Assembly: GCF_036321535.1 (NCBI RefSeq)
Contig: NC_087436.1
Coordinates: 105,712,001-105,776,000 of the forward strand
Length of the DNA: 64,000 nt
Direction of reading: 5' to 3'
Source: Camelus dromedarius
Lineage: Eukaryota
The translations under genes and the position numbers were made by a program. Positions 1-12,627 of this stretch are shown one piece after another. A model generated the notes under the pieces. The model made no database searches. It was not told where the DNA came from and saw nothing but the letters and a program-made list of their open reading frames with translations. The first letter of the stretch is position 1; each line of letters starts with the position of its first letter.

Positions 1-115
1 GATCCTCAGTGACCTCAAGTATTTCAAACCTTATCTGAAAAAAAATTGGGGGATATAATATCTACTTTTTAGCAGTTGAAGCAATTTTATATGAAATTGC
101 CTGGAATTCTTTAAT
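1..115 (+). mobile_element. MIR SINE fragment
   Basis: Degenerate MIR core (gtgacctc...aacctt-atctg-aaaa-gggg-ataata-ctac). Confidence 0.4.
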
Positions 116-194
116 GAACTCAAATCACTAGCAAAAGATACACTAGTAGTAGTAACAGTAATGTAAATATGCTGTGGTTAGTCCTACCAATACA

Positions 195-400
195 TCGCGT
201 TTATTTCACACCCATTATTGTACTCAATCCTCACCAAAGAGGTCACAAAAAAAAAAAAGAGAGAGAGAGAGAGAGAGAAAGCATTGCTCACCAATTTACT
301 GATAAGGAAACTGAGGCTAAGAAACTGGCTCAAAAGTTACACAGGGAGTTGGAGGCAGGGCTGAATTCTTACTAATAGCAGTTTCCAGATCCAAAACAGT
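195..400 (-). mobile_element. MIR SINE, interrupted by A/(AG)n run
   Basis: aatcctcac...atttactgataaggaaactgaggc...agttacacag = reverse MIR core. Confidence 0.65.
247..280. repeat. A-run plus (AG)n microsatellite
   Basis: Directly visible. Confidence 0.95.
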
Positions 401-1844
401 GGCCTCAAATAAAAAGAAATGGAAATGTGTGAGGGGTGAAAATAACAGATGACTAGATGCATAAGTGAACAGACAGGAGCTGGCTGTGTTTAGACAGGAG
501 GGCAGGACCAAGTGATGTTCCCTGGCGATCGAGTGATTGCCTTTTCTTGTCGTGGCATCTGGGGCTAGTAGCTCTTTTCTGAATGAGAGAGGCTTTTCCT
601 GGACGGGGTCCCAGAGTTAAATCTTAAACAAGGCAAGTTACCCACACTGGGTTCTGCCAGCAGTGGACGGCTGGCCTTCTCTGCAAGGGATATCTTGAGT
701 CACAAGGCAGCCCTGCAGAACTTTCTGGGCCTGCCTCAGCCCCAAGGGGAGGCTGGAGCAGCCGGTGGCACTTGAACACCGAGTCCCCTGCCTGGAGGAG
801 GCCAGATTTAGCAATCTGTCACACACAGCCCGCCTCATTGTGACACCGGGCTCGGAGAGGCAGGCAGCGCGGGCAGGCAGAAAAGCATCTGTCGGCAAGC
901 CACGCAGACAGGGATTAGAGAGAACGGGGGAGGATAATGATGGCATTTGCTTTCCTATAAAATGCGTGTCAGGAGGGAAGGATTAAGCTAATTGAAGAAA
1001 TCTCCAGCACTTACGTCAAAGGTGGCTGCAAAGCGATTGCTTTATCTTGCATCTCACCTGCTTCTGAGAGCCTGGCTCGAGGAGGCCTACCCACTTCTCC
1101 ACTTTGTCCCCAGCAACTCTTTTCAGAAATAGTTCGAGTTGGCGTTAGCCATTCTGCAGAGGAGATAGGAGCTAAAAATAAGCTCCTGAGAAGGAGGATC
1201 CCTGTCTTTTTTTTTTTTTTTTTTCCCAACCTCCAAAGCTCACAAAAAGTTTCCCAGAGAAAGATGGAGAGCTGATTGTCCCGAGGTTTTACATATTTAC
1301 GGCCATATGACAGGTGAAATAAATGGCACCGAGGGTGCACATACCACACAGGGACAGGTGGCAGCCATCTCAAATGCTATCTCTTTTTTATCTCTCTGGA
1401 ACATCAGCTTATGCTCCTGGGGGCCGGATTGCGTGCAAAGAGAAAGCACAGACTTCAGAATCGTTTATCACTGCTCTCCTCTCCTGCATCACCTCGAGTC
1501 CCAAACATCTCCAAACACAGAACCCAACTGAAAGGCAGAGGATTTTGTCTTCCATCATAAGAATGGATCTTGGTTTTGGAGTTGCCCGGTGACAGGTTGT
1601 GGCGTCCCCTCTGTAATGAATTTGCAAATGCACTAAATAGTAAGGTTTCCTCCTTCTTCAAGTTCAAGGTGTTATACTATGTCTACTCAAATAATACTTG
1701 ACAAGTGGACTGCTATTGCCCAATGAATAAAGCATCACACCTGAAAAATATAGCCAGCTGCCTAATTTTTGCCATGATTCATTCTTCGACTGCCTTAGAA
1801 AATGAATTGCCTGATTAATCCAGAAATATTTGTGTGAGTGCCTG

Positions 1845-2035
1845 GGACTGGAAAGCTGGCTCCATTCTCTGTCACTTTCTAGCTTTCTGACCTTGGGTGA
1901 ATTATTTCAACTTACTTTGTTCTCTTCATTGGTAAGGAGTGGGGGGGGGGTGAGATGCTGACCACGTGGAGTCGTTATGAAGGCTACAAGAGATGGTTCA
2001 AGAAAAGAAGGGAGTAGGCGCTTGGCGGGTAGGAG
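1845..2035 (+). mobile_element. MIR SINE fragment
   Basis: ctgtcactttctagctttctgaccttgggtgaattatttcaac resembles MIR core. Confidence 0.55.
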
Positions 2036-2268
2036 CTCTTCTCATTGCCACTGAGATAAGGTTTTGTATTAGTCAGGGCTCTCCAGGGAATAGAACCAGT
2101 AGGATGTAAACATGTTCATATACAGATTCTGTGTGTGGGAGCGGAGAGAGAGAGAGACGAGTGAATTTTACGGAATTGACTCATACAATTGTAGGGACTT
2201 GCAAGTCCAAAATTTGCAGGGCTGGCTATCAGGCTGGAAATCTGTGCAGGAGTTAATGTTGCAGTCTT

Positions 2269-2595
2269 TTTTTGTCTTTTTTTTGGGGGGGGGTGGTTAT
2301 TAACATGTCTTTATTTTACTTTTTCTTTCCTCTCGCATGTACTTTTTTAAAATAGATTTTTATTGCAGTAGAGTCAGTTTACAATGTTGTGTCAGTCTCT
2401 GGTGTACAGCACAATGTTTCAGTCACATAGGAACATACATATATTTGTTTTCATATTCTTTTTCACCATAAGTTACTACAAGATATTGAATATAGTTCCC
2501 TGTGCTATACAGTATAAACTTGTTATTTACCTATTTTATGTATATTACTTAGTATCTGCAAATCTAGAACTCCCAGTTTATCCCTTCCCACCCCC
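2269..2595 (-). mobile_element. 5'-truncated cetartiodactyl-type L1 3'UTR insertion with extra 3' sequence
   Basis: L1 3'UTR motifs (atattgaatatagttccctgtgctatacag; tttacaatgttgtgtcag); 14-bp TSD aatgttgcagtctt 2255-2268 / aatattgcagtctt 2596-2609. Confidence 0.85.
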
Positions 2596-2780
2596 AATAT
2601 TGCAGTCTTGAGTCCAAAGGGAGTCAGGAGGCAGAATTCCTTCTTCTTCAGGGACCTTGACCTTTTTCTCTTAAAGCCTTGAACTAATTGGCTGAGGTCC
2701 ACCCACATTACGAAAGGTAACCTACTTTACTCAGACTCTACTGATTTAAATGTTAATCACATCTTTTAAAAAAATATCTT

Positions 2781-2872
2781 GGGGGCTGGGGGGTATAGCT
2801 CAGTGGTAGAGCACATGCTTAGCATGCAGGAGGTCCTGGGTTCAATCCCCATTACCTCCATTAAAAAAAAAA
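2781..2872 (+). mobile_element. tRNA-Ala(AGC)-derived SINE (camelid vic-1 type), short form
   Basis: 72-nt tRNA-Ala-like body 2789-2860 with A/B boxes, A tail, TSD aaaaaaa(t/a)atctt on both sides. Confidence 0.9.
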
Positions 2873-3164
2873 TCTTCACAGCAACATGTAGACTGGCATT
2901 TGACCAAACAACTGGGCACCATAGCCTAGCCAAGTTGCCACATCGAATTAACCATCATAAGTATGTTATTATGATGAAAATTGTACCTGACCAAGCAGCG
3001 AACATGGAGTAAACCTTAGATCAACAACACACCATTTATAAAGGCACGCCAACATGGAAGGTACGACAAACAATCACCTGCTTAGCCCCCACTCCCAGGA
3101 CCTCTGAGAAGTCGAGAAGAAGGAAGGTGCCCAGTGTGATGCAATGCACTCCTCGCGCACAGCT

Positions 3165-3360
3165 GGCCTTGCTCAGAGCTGGCGTCCCAGGTTCCAGCCC
3201 CTCTGCCCTGTATGTGTGTGGCGTTCAGGTAGTTCACTGAGTGTCTCTAAGCTTCCTCGGCTGCCACTCATAATGAATACATCTGCTCTGCCTCCTGCAT
3301 GGGGAAATTGTGAGAATAAAATGAGACGACCAGCGGGAGGGGCTTCGTAAGTAAAGTATC
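3165..3360 (+). mobile_element. MIR/MIR3 fragment
   Basis: ggttccagcccctctgcc...ttgtgagaataaaatgaga. Confidence 0.55.
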
Positions 3361-3624
3361 AAGAACCCTAATCTTAATAAGGCATTAACCTCAGGACCCA
3401 ATGCTCTGGATAGATGGGGTCCAGCTATTTGTACCAAAGCAAACAAAAGGCAACTCTCCTAGGCCATAAGTTTGACCTGACTGTAACATGAGCTGGCATC
3501 ATCATTAATGTTTTCAATTAAAATTGACTTTTTCACTTTCTTGGGATTTAGAATAGCTTTTGGGTGTGAATTCAGCAACCAAGTTGTCCAAATAGTAACC
3601 TTTTGTTCCCTCTTTCAATAACTT

Positions 3625-3768
3625 TAAAAAATTTTTTCTTTAAAATTTTCTTTGGGGGGGAGGCAATTAGGGTTTTATTTATTTATTTTTAATGGAGGTA
3701 CTGGGGATAGAACCCAGGACTTCGTGCACGCTAAGCACGTGCTCTACCACTGAGTGATACCCTCCCCC
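3625..3768 (-). mobile_element. tRNA-Ala-derived SINE (vic-1 type), long form
   Basis: Reverse tRNA-Ala body tggaggtactggggatagaacccagg...ctctaccactgag plus aaataaataaa-cctaattgcctccccccc tail; TSD tcaataactt 3615-3624 / 3773-3782. Confidence 0.9.
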
Positions 3769-4687
3769 TTTCTCAATAACTTCAGTGCATTTGAGCAGAA
3801 CTCAAGCATTTGAGCAGAAGGCATGTCATCGTATTCGAGCGGGGCTCTAAGCAGCAGGTCTAACAAGTGTTCGTTAGGGATAATTCATTCATTATAGAGA
3901 TATTTATGGAGCCCTCACCACGTGCCAGCCATCAAACTGGGCTTTGGTTGGAGAGGGTGGTGACTTTCAGTGCTGAGCCCAGTCGTGGTAAGTGCTTAAC
4001 AAATGCCAGCTATTTATTATTTGTTCATACATTATTATGTGACCATTTTTGAAAAAGAAAGACAGGATTACTGCTTTAAAATATAGGCAAGGCTGAGCCA
4101 ACATTCCTCCCAACCTTGGCAGCTTTTCCAAAGTTCTCAAGCCTGCTGCTCAGCGTCCGTTCAATATCACTCTGAAGTCAGGGCACCAGGGGTCCAGAAG
4201 AGTGAGGCAATCATCCTTTGGAAAACTTCACCATCAAAGGAAATTGTCCTGTGTTGTCTCTGAGAACACTTCACACTTCATTGGGAAGCTATAAAAACAA
4301 TTACCAGGTCATTAGTAAAGGTTATTTTTTTTTAAGATCCAAAAGCATCTCTCCCAGAATGACCTTAGCCAGCGTTTCAGTGAGAGACACTTGCTGCAGT
4401 GGAACGAGTGACAGCTTTGCAGTGGTAACTGAGGGTCCCAGCACTGGGCGCTTAACCTTCTCCAGGCCTTAGTCTCCCAAACCTTATGCTGAAGCTGGGA
4501 GTCCCTGCCCATATCACTGGGCTGTTTGAGCAGTTGAAATAAAGGGGCTTCGGAATAACACCTGGCATTACCCTGGACACTTAGAAGGCACTCTGTAAGT
4601 GTAATTCCTTCCTTTCCTTGGTTCTATGTTTGGGGTCATTAGTATGAAGGGATAAAGCAGGAAGGATTGAAATGGACCCTGGACCCA

Positions 4688-5020
4688 TCAGGATAGGCTA
4701 GGTCACGCTGCAGTAACAACCCAAAAATCTCAGCAGCTGAAAACAGTTGAGTTCATTTCTCACTCATGCCACACGTCCATCGTGGGTTGACAAGGGAGCT
4801 CTTCTTGCCAGAGCCACTCACAAGCCTAACAAAACCCTGACAGTTGCGCCATCTTGTTACATGGCTCCAGGATCACAGAGGGAAAGAAAGGGAACATGAT
4901 GAATCATATGCTGGCTCTTAAAGTTTCTGCCTGGAAGTGATGCACAGTAATTCCATTTACATTTCACTGACTAAAGCAAATCATGGGGCCACACTTAAAA
5001 TCAACAGGATGGGGATGTAT
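4688..5020 (-). mobile_element. Old MaLR LTR (MLT1J/K/L-like)
   Basis: atcaggataggctaggtcacgctgcagtaacaac; ggctcttaaagtttctgcctggaagtga; actaaagcaaatcatgg. Confidence 0.7.
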
Positions 5021-5669
5021 CGTGTTACAGTGGCATGGACTGAAGGTGTAGGAATAGACTATTGTATAGGAACTTGGACCAAGCCAATATCCATCTGTAA
5101 TAAAAAGTAGGTGGAAAGCTAACAAAACTTCAGGCTTTGAATATGGTCCATCCTGTCATATCCACTCAATAGAACTGTTTTTCTGTTCCAGACTCATAGG
5201 AAGATCTGAAGAAAGATATAGGATCCCTCCCCAAGAAAAAAATGCTCATAAAATATAAGTGGGAAAAAAATTACATGCAATGATCTTATTACCATAGAAA
5301 GGTATTTACTTCATCTGTGTTCAATCTTTTAAAAAATCATATCTCCCACTTTTGATTATTGATTAATTCCAAGAAGGAAAATAAGAGCAATAAAATAAGA
5401 GTGAATCTTAGATCTGTTCAAAAGTAATTTCTACTTTAAAAATGATGTTAGTCTTGAAACAGAAGTTGAGACTATAATATATAGTTTGACATGGTCAGTG
5501 TGTCATCTTTGATATCTGATTGGTTTCATTTTTCCTTTGGAAAATATTAAATGCTGATTCACAAAAGAATAAGTGCTCCTGAAGCTTTTCGCCAACTGAG
5601 AGAAGATCTGTGCCAAGGAGCAACAGCATTCTCCAAGACAAGGTTTGAATCATAGATCCCAATTTTGGA

Positions 5670-5890
5670 GAGTCATTAACAAAATATCTAGCTAAAATGG
5701 TTTAAATTCTAAGAATGTATTTTTTACCAGGTAATCTGAAGATAGGGAGTTTCAATGTTAGTTCAGCAGCTCAACAATGTCAGAATTCTGGGTCAACTTC
5801 TCTACAGTTCTCTTAGCCTCCCCCTCTTGGTCACAAAATGGCTGCAGCAGCTCCAAACAACACATCCACATAGGACACTGTATCAAAAGA
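5670..5890 (-). mobile_element. Old MaLR LTR fragment (MLT1-type)
   Basis: ttcagcagctcaacaatgtca; ggtcacaaaatggctgcagcagctcca. Confidence 0.5.
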
Positions 5891-8344
5891 AATGTCAACA
5901 ATTCCAGAGAAGTGTTGTCATTTGTCAGAGGTATTGCTTCAATTTTCTTTATCTGCTCCAAGTCCCAAATAAACTAGGTCAAATCCACAGAGCAAGGACT
6001 TCCCCAAATTTCTCTAACTATGTATGACTTCTTTTACTTGAAAGGTGAATAAACAATTGTGGAAGACGTTTCAACAAAAGAATTTTGTGCCAAGACTGTA
6101 CAAGTTTAAGCATAGATCCAGCCTTTTAAAATCAAGACTTCTCATGAAAAATATCTGCATTGTCCAATGTATTTTCAGGGTGGACAGACTTAATTTTGCC
6201 ACACAATGGGTACTGTAGCTTTTTGAGGGGAATGGGAGGTGGGAGTCCTTATCATGTTCACTGATAAAAATCAAAACAAAAAATATGTGTAAATGTGGAC
6301 ATCACTTCTTTTCATTGGTATTTTCCAATTCAGGCTAGACTTGAGGTAAGAAAGGCAGGAGTACACACTCACAATGGTGTGGTTATTGTGATCCATTCTT
6401 ACTGGTGGGACACTCCTCTTCCCAACGGGAAGTCGATGTTATCACTAATGTGTCTATTACCAAGCATGTAGCATGGACAGTAACATCTTTCTCATGCTAC
6501 ATTCATTTGCAGTGAAACCACACATTAAAAATATTTTTACATTTAAAATGAGCATATTATTTTCCCAAAGATAATTTACAAAGTGACACCAAAGAAAATC
6601 TAAAAAAAAAAAAAGATAGACTTATCTTCCCACTAGGAGGATCATTCATGGTCCATGGGTAAAGGAATCTGCTTGTAAACCCATTCCCCTCTTTTCCTAG
6701 CTGGATAGAATGGTAAATGCTACTCCATGAGTTCTGCCTCTAAAACAACCTATGCAGGACATACTAAGAGATTGGGATGCAACTAGTTTTCAACTCTTCA
6801 CTGATCACTTGCTCGACAGGTAGATAAAACAGGTTTGAAAGAAAGGAGAGAGGATGAGGGTCTCTTTGGACGCACACAGTGGAGAGAAGAAAGCGTAATC
6901 TGCAAAGTGATGCAGACGTGGGTCATGCATTTGAATCCTGACTTCCCCACTGTCCACCTCTGGGACCTTTATCCAGTCTATAATTCTCTCCAAATTTCAA
7001 TTTCCATGCCTGAAAAAGTGAAAGCCATCATTACCTTTATGGGGACTAAGCATTTTTAAATGACTAAAATTGATAGTGTTTATGACTAAAAGGAACCAAA
7101 GACTGTCTTATCATGTAAAAGTGACTGTTGAGCTCATAGGACCAGGCTGAGGCTCTACCCACTGGCAGAGGAAAGAACCTCCTCTTCCCCAGGGATCATA
7201 TTTAATGAAACAGTGGAAGAATGACAAAGTTGGTGTAAAATTCCATCCCCTATACTTACTTACCGTATCCACCCTTTTCACTTTATTTGCATGTGATTTT
7301 ACTCATTATAATATCAGGAGCATAAGCAGAGGAGGACAATATCCAGGGTAACTAGGAGAGAAGCTGGTTTCATCCATTCTTTGCTGAGACCACTAACCCA
7401 CATGGCCAGTCCCCAGCTGCATCCTGCACTCACTTGCTCTTGTGGTTGCCAGATTGTAGAGTCTTACATATTTTCACCATAGTGCTCATATATCTTACTA
7501 ACCAGACATATTTTTCACATTCTACTTATTGAATATATTTATTTCCACACACACAAGCATATGGCTCATTATGTATAAACATGAATATATGTAGGTACGT
7601 ATAAGATGTAGCATCTTACATATACCAAATATATTTTATATACTTATTATTTAACCTAATAAAGGTCCTTCTTCCTGTACAATAGATTAAGACCTTGAAC
7701 ACTAGCCATCTATCTCTCTCTTATTATTAGAATTCTGATAAATGTTTATCTCCCTTTAAAAGAAACCCATTTCTGCATTTTTTCGTATACTGATAGCATT
7801 TCACATTTCCTACCTCCCAAGATGTTGAAGAAATTTGATCACACTTCCTGCATTGCCAGAACCTGTGCAAGGCAAAAGTTGCCAAGGATTCTGTGACTTC
7901 CTAGGTGATCTTAGGTTCTTGAGGTTGCCTTCACGTTCCATATCTTCTCAGGCTGCCTCCAATCAGCTGCCTGGGGTAAAATGAAACTCAGCACCCTCCT
8001 CAAGTTCTCTGTGGTCACTCACGTCAACTACAAGAGAAATGTATTATCCAAAAAGGCAAATTCATGGCACTTCTCCCACCCCCTCATCCTCTCAAATTCT
8101 GATGGGATTTTACTCTGCATTTTTCTGTCTTATTCTCTCCAACCCCCCTTTTGGCCCCAAATAGGCAGATCTGGGTCAGGGAGAGATGAAGAATCAAAAG
8201 ATGAAGAATGCATCAGAAAATGTGGTGCTTTTTCTCCAAGAGAGGGAGTAAAAGAAAATAGTAGAAAAGTAATGAAAAGAAATGATAGAGGAAAACTAGA
8301 AATACCCTTTTGGGTTGAGTGTTAAGAGAAAGTGGGTCCTAAGA

Positions 8345-8590
8345 TGTTATTTACTTAACAAACATGGATGTAGCTTTTCCTATGTATCAGGTACTGTTTT
8401 GAGGGTTTGACAAATATTAACTCATTTCATTCTCATCTCCATCCTAATAAGTAGGTACCATAATCATCCTCAACTTACAGGTGAGGACACAGAGAGGTTA
8501 AGTGATTCCCCAAAGATCTCACAGCTTGTAAACAGCAGAACAAAAATTCAAACTCTGGCTGTCTGGCCCAGAGTCCATGCTCTCAGCTCT
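8345..8590 (-). mobile_element. MIR SINE
   Basis: tatgtatcaggtactgtt...attaactcatttcattctc...acagagaggttaagtga. Confidence 0.8.
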
Positions 8591-10798
8591 GCTCGTGTGG
8601 TTTACTAACCTGTATGTCCTTGTATGAGATTACAGGCATTCAAGTAAAATTTGGAATTAGCTATTCATTTTGGCTAGCAGACTGCATTACTTTGTCTGTG
8701 ACATCAAATTGAGACTGGGCCACGTGGGACCCTGGAATATATGTGGCTTTTAAAAGAGCACCTGAGCTGGTGGGATCTTCTGAAGACGGGGGTGGGGTGG
8801 GGTTCACAGAGAAGAGATCTAACACAACTGAACAGCCCTCTGCCTCCTTCCTCCTCCCCTGCTTCGCCTTCTTAACTGTTTGCTCCAGGATTGCCTTGGG
8901 AACTCCAAGTTCTCCTTCTATTCTACAGCTTTTTTCAAGGGTCTTCTCTCAAAGACACATGCCCAGACCCACCACTGTGCTCAGATGGACAAATTTTACA
9001 GAAGTCACTCTCCTTTAGACAATTTTCTGAGTTTGCCTTTGCTTGAATTCTCTTGTTTCCTGGGTTTCTAAAAGAGGAATCAGAACTCAGTTTGACTAGA
9101 GCCTTATCCGTAGAGCACTGACAGAGACAAAGGGAGAATACCCAGAATTATAAAGAAGAAACATTCAGAGTCACCCTTAAGAGCTGCCTTGGGAAAACGC
9201 TCCTGCCTGACTTTCCTCTGTTACCGAGTTTCCTTTCAATTCACTCTTCTGATAAGCAGAATCTAGATGTTGGTGCTTCCAGATATAATTGCTTATTGCT
9301 GAATCCCTGAAAAGCCAAGGCAGAGATATTTTTCAAAAATCTGGCTCCTTTGATATCAACAGTGACTTGGGCCCAGTAGAGAATGCTACGTCTTATTGCC
9401 AAATTGCAAAAACGCCCTCTTGAGTTTCCAAAAATATCTCCTTGCTGAAGAGTTGTTTGCCTCAGAGAGGAAGGGTGATGGGTCGAAACAGCCACTGAGT
9501 AGAAGGCAGCAGGCATTAGTCACACAGGGGAGAAGTTGCAGATAAATTTTAAGAGCCACTGAGTCTCAGGCCCGTACGGTGTCCGGGGGCACTTTCGTTT
9601 TAGCAGATATATCTTGGGATCTTTGAAGGAATGGTTGCACTGCCAACTCGTCAATTAATCAACCCTCCCAAGGTCGCCAGGGACACTGTGGATTGGGCCC
9701 AGGCAACAGGGGCCTGGAGGAACTGACTTTAATTAAAGGATTTGTGCAGTAATGGAATCCTCAAATCCTTTGAGCAATGTTGCATGAACTGGGCCTTTCA
9801 ATCCCTGTGTGCATTTTCCATGGCTGCAAAAAAGCGACAAATATCCTGACCAAGCACTTCGAAGGAGGGTGTTGTTAACCCATTTAGAAACCCGGCTGAA
9901 GGACACACGGTTGGGAAACACGCCCAAGGAAATTAAAAAGAAAAAAGAACACTGCATTCTGCAGCAGTGGTGAGGCAGTCCATTCTCCAAACTCTTGTGA
10001 TAATGTCCTGCTACGGTCATTACTAGTTTAAAGAATTGCTTTGTGGATGTTATCAACTATCTTCATTTGAACCATTAGCTGTGATTTGGATGGGATTGTT
10101 GAAATCTGAGAGTAACAGTACTGTAGTTTGTAAGGCCTGAGAACTTGGGGTCCTCTGGATGGATTCTGCCCTTGGATGGTTTTAACATGCAGAATATTCT
10201 TGCAGTGTCTCTATTGGCTTCTGAAAAACTCAGTTGCCTTTTTTGACCAGCTGTGCACCTTCTGGGCCCACTTTGCACACAACCCCACCTGTCTGGCTCT
10301 TGAAGTTTTTTTTCTTCTCTTGTGTGACCTTGATCAGACATTCCTCTGAAGCTGTGCTCATCACTTTGCTGTCATTTGGCACATGTGAAATTCACACACA
10401 TACACACCATACTCTCACGGGTGTTCCAACTTGTGGGCTGCCACCCAGAAAATATGGGCTGGAAATAATGCCAACTCCTGGATGCTAACGGAACTCCCAC
10501 TGCCAACTGATGGCTGCACGCCCCTTATCAAATCCCGCCACTAGGAAGCTCAGAACCTGTATTACAGGACTTCATCCCCCAAATCTCTTCAACGAACTGT
10601 AATTTAACTTTCGGGCATCAGCTATTTCATCAGGAATTGTTTAAGGTCATCTTTACATGTTTTGAGAAACCACTAACAAATTTTAATATATTGTTGGATG
10701 TCTCTTATCTAAGTAACCTGCAGGCTGGGTTACTTTCAGAGTTCAGAAGTGGGAAAAGAGTTTGCTTTCTGTCTTGATAACCAGACGTACAGTACCTA

Positions 10799-11167
10799 TG
10801 TCTTAGTCAGACCAGACGGCCATAAGAAAATACCACCAACTGGGTGGCTCAAACAACAGCATTTTATGTCTCATGGTCCTGGAGGCTGGAAGTCTGAGAT
10901 CAGGGTGCCAGCTTGGTCAGGTTCGGGTGAGACCTCTCATCCTGGCGTGAGGGTGGTACCTTCTCACTGTGTCCTCACATGATGGAGAGAGACAAAGCTC
11001 TGTCGTATCTTTTCTTATGAAGACAATAATCCTGTCAGGTCACAGCCCTCCCCTTATGACCTCATTTAACCTTAATTACTCCTGTAAAGGTCTCACTCCA
11101 AATACACCATGTTGGGGGTTAAGGCTTCAACAGATGAATGGGGAGGGGGCACAATTAGTCCATAACA
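10799..11167 (-). mobile_element. MLT1A-family MaLR solo LTR
   Basis: tgtcttagtc...ctggaggctggaagtctgagatcagggtgcc...gggttaaggcttcaaca...agtccataaca; complete termini. Confidence 0.9.
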
Positions 11168-11168
11168 A

Positions 11169-11867
11169 TGAAACAGAGCAGCACCCTATGGGGCCTTCCC
11201 AGAAAAGACACCCCGCCAGCCCCCTGCCATGTCCTCCACCTGCCTCTTGTCTGTAAAAAAAACTTTAGTCAAAAAATAAGTTTAATCAGAGAAATAGGAA
11301 AATACAGAAACAAAGCAAAATAGTTAAGCAAAGCAAAATAATAATAGTTTAGTCATTAAACAAAGTCAAGGACCTTTAGTTCCTCCTCAAGGGCTAGAAA
11401 TAATATTCTAAGCCATATCCTTTGAGCTGTCTTGTAGATCCTGAAACCCCCACCAGATGGAAGAAGTTAACTGCATGATGACCAGACTGTGGCCATGACA
11501 TCAGCTGCCACAATTCCCAGAACTGGCCTCAAGGAAATGGGAACAAACTGACCCTGGAACTGAAGATTAACTGTACTTAAAACAATCAAGATGATGCTGA
11601 TTGCACCACCGCATGACTAACTCCAAGGTGAAGGTCGGAGCTGACTGTGCTGTTCTGCCTGCAGCCCCCTCCTCTGCCTATCTACCCCTGAAACTCCTCT
11701 TTGAAAGTTCTTGCCTGCTGATCAGCACTGTGGAGTTGGCCTTTGGACACAAGTCCAACTTCTCCCCTGGTTGCCAGCCTCTAGAATAAAGTCAACCTTA
11801 CTTTCCACTGATTCTTGCCTCTACTGACTTTTCAGCAGTCAGCAGTTGGATCTGCAGTTAAATAATA
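11169..11867 (+). mobile_element. ERV1-class solo LTR (about 700 bp)
   Basis: Starts TG (tgaaacagagcagcaccctatgggg); AATAAA 11785-11790 followed by a U5-like tract; imperfect 4-bp TSD acaa/gcaa. Confidence 0.75.
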
Positions 11868-12627
11868 GCAACACATGTACACAAGCCATCCACATCTTCC
11901 TCTCCCTTGGTGCTAGACACATCACAGCAAAGTTCTGGCCTTGAGTCCATTAGCCTTTTTAATCTAAATTTCCACTTCTAAGTTGTCCTGACCCTCCCGG
12001 CCCTTATTCCTCAGCTCTTGTTCCTTCATCCTTGTAATGATAAGGGGTTTTGTTCCATTAGTGTTTGTTTACTCCCTGTATGTAGATATGTTTTAATGAC
12101 ACATCTTCCACATACATTTTGTAAGATGATGGGATATAAGAATGATAAATATAAGGGAAAAAAATGTGTCATGACACCATGAGAATAGACACACTTCAGG
12201 CATGTTTGCCTGTTTGTCTTGGAGGCCTGGCTTAGCCTATTTCTGAAGGTCTTAGCTTGCATGGTCCATAAAACTAAAGCTGGGCTTGTCGAAAGTTCCA
12301 ATAACAATGGTTGGTGATGCTGAAAAACAACAGGTGAACTCTGTGTTCTGTCCTTTTCTTCAGGAAAGTTACTCCCAACAAGAGTATTAGGACTTGGTAA
12401 CTGGATTCTTCATCAGCCACTGACTTAATAAGTAGCCATCTTTTGTTTAGAATCATAGATATTTGACCAATAACTTGATTCTTCCCAGTTATTCATGTCT
12501 CACGCCCAATCTTTTATGAGCTTTTAATGATTCTACCACCTCATTATTTCTCAAATATGTTTTCTTCCTCTTTATCTCCTCTACCCACCTCCCCTTAGTT
12601 TTGGTCCTCACATACACTGTTAAAGTC

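Larger units (their letters stand above)
2065..2959 (-). mobile_element. MLT2-family (ERVL) solo LTR, interrupted by an L1 fragment and a SINE
   Basis: Starts tgtattagtcagggctctccag, ends gccaagttgccacatcgaattaaccatcata; both match reverse MLT2 termini. Confidence 0.85.

Noticed and set aside
2789..2860. Functional tRNA-Ala(AGC) gene
   Set aside because: PolyA tail, TSD, insertion within an LTR, stem mismatches and no T4 terminator indicate a retroposed SINE; the same applies to the three other copies.
3787..3819. 14-bp direct repeat gcatttgagcagaa (similar micro-duplications at 21297-21332 and 30537-30562)
   Set aside because: Two-copy slippage duplications; not an array and no spacer structure, so not CRISPR-like.
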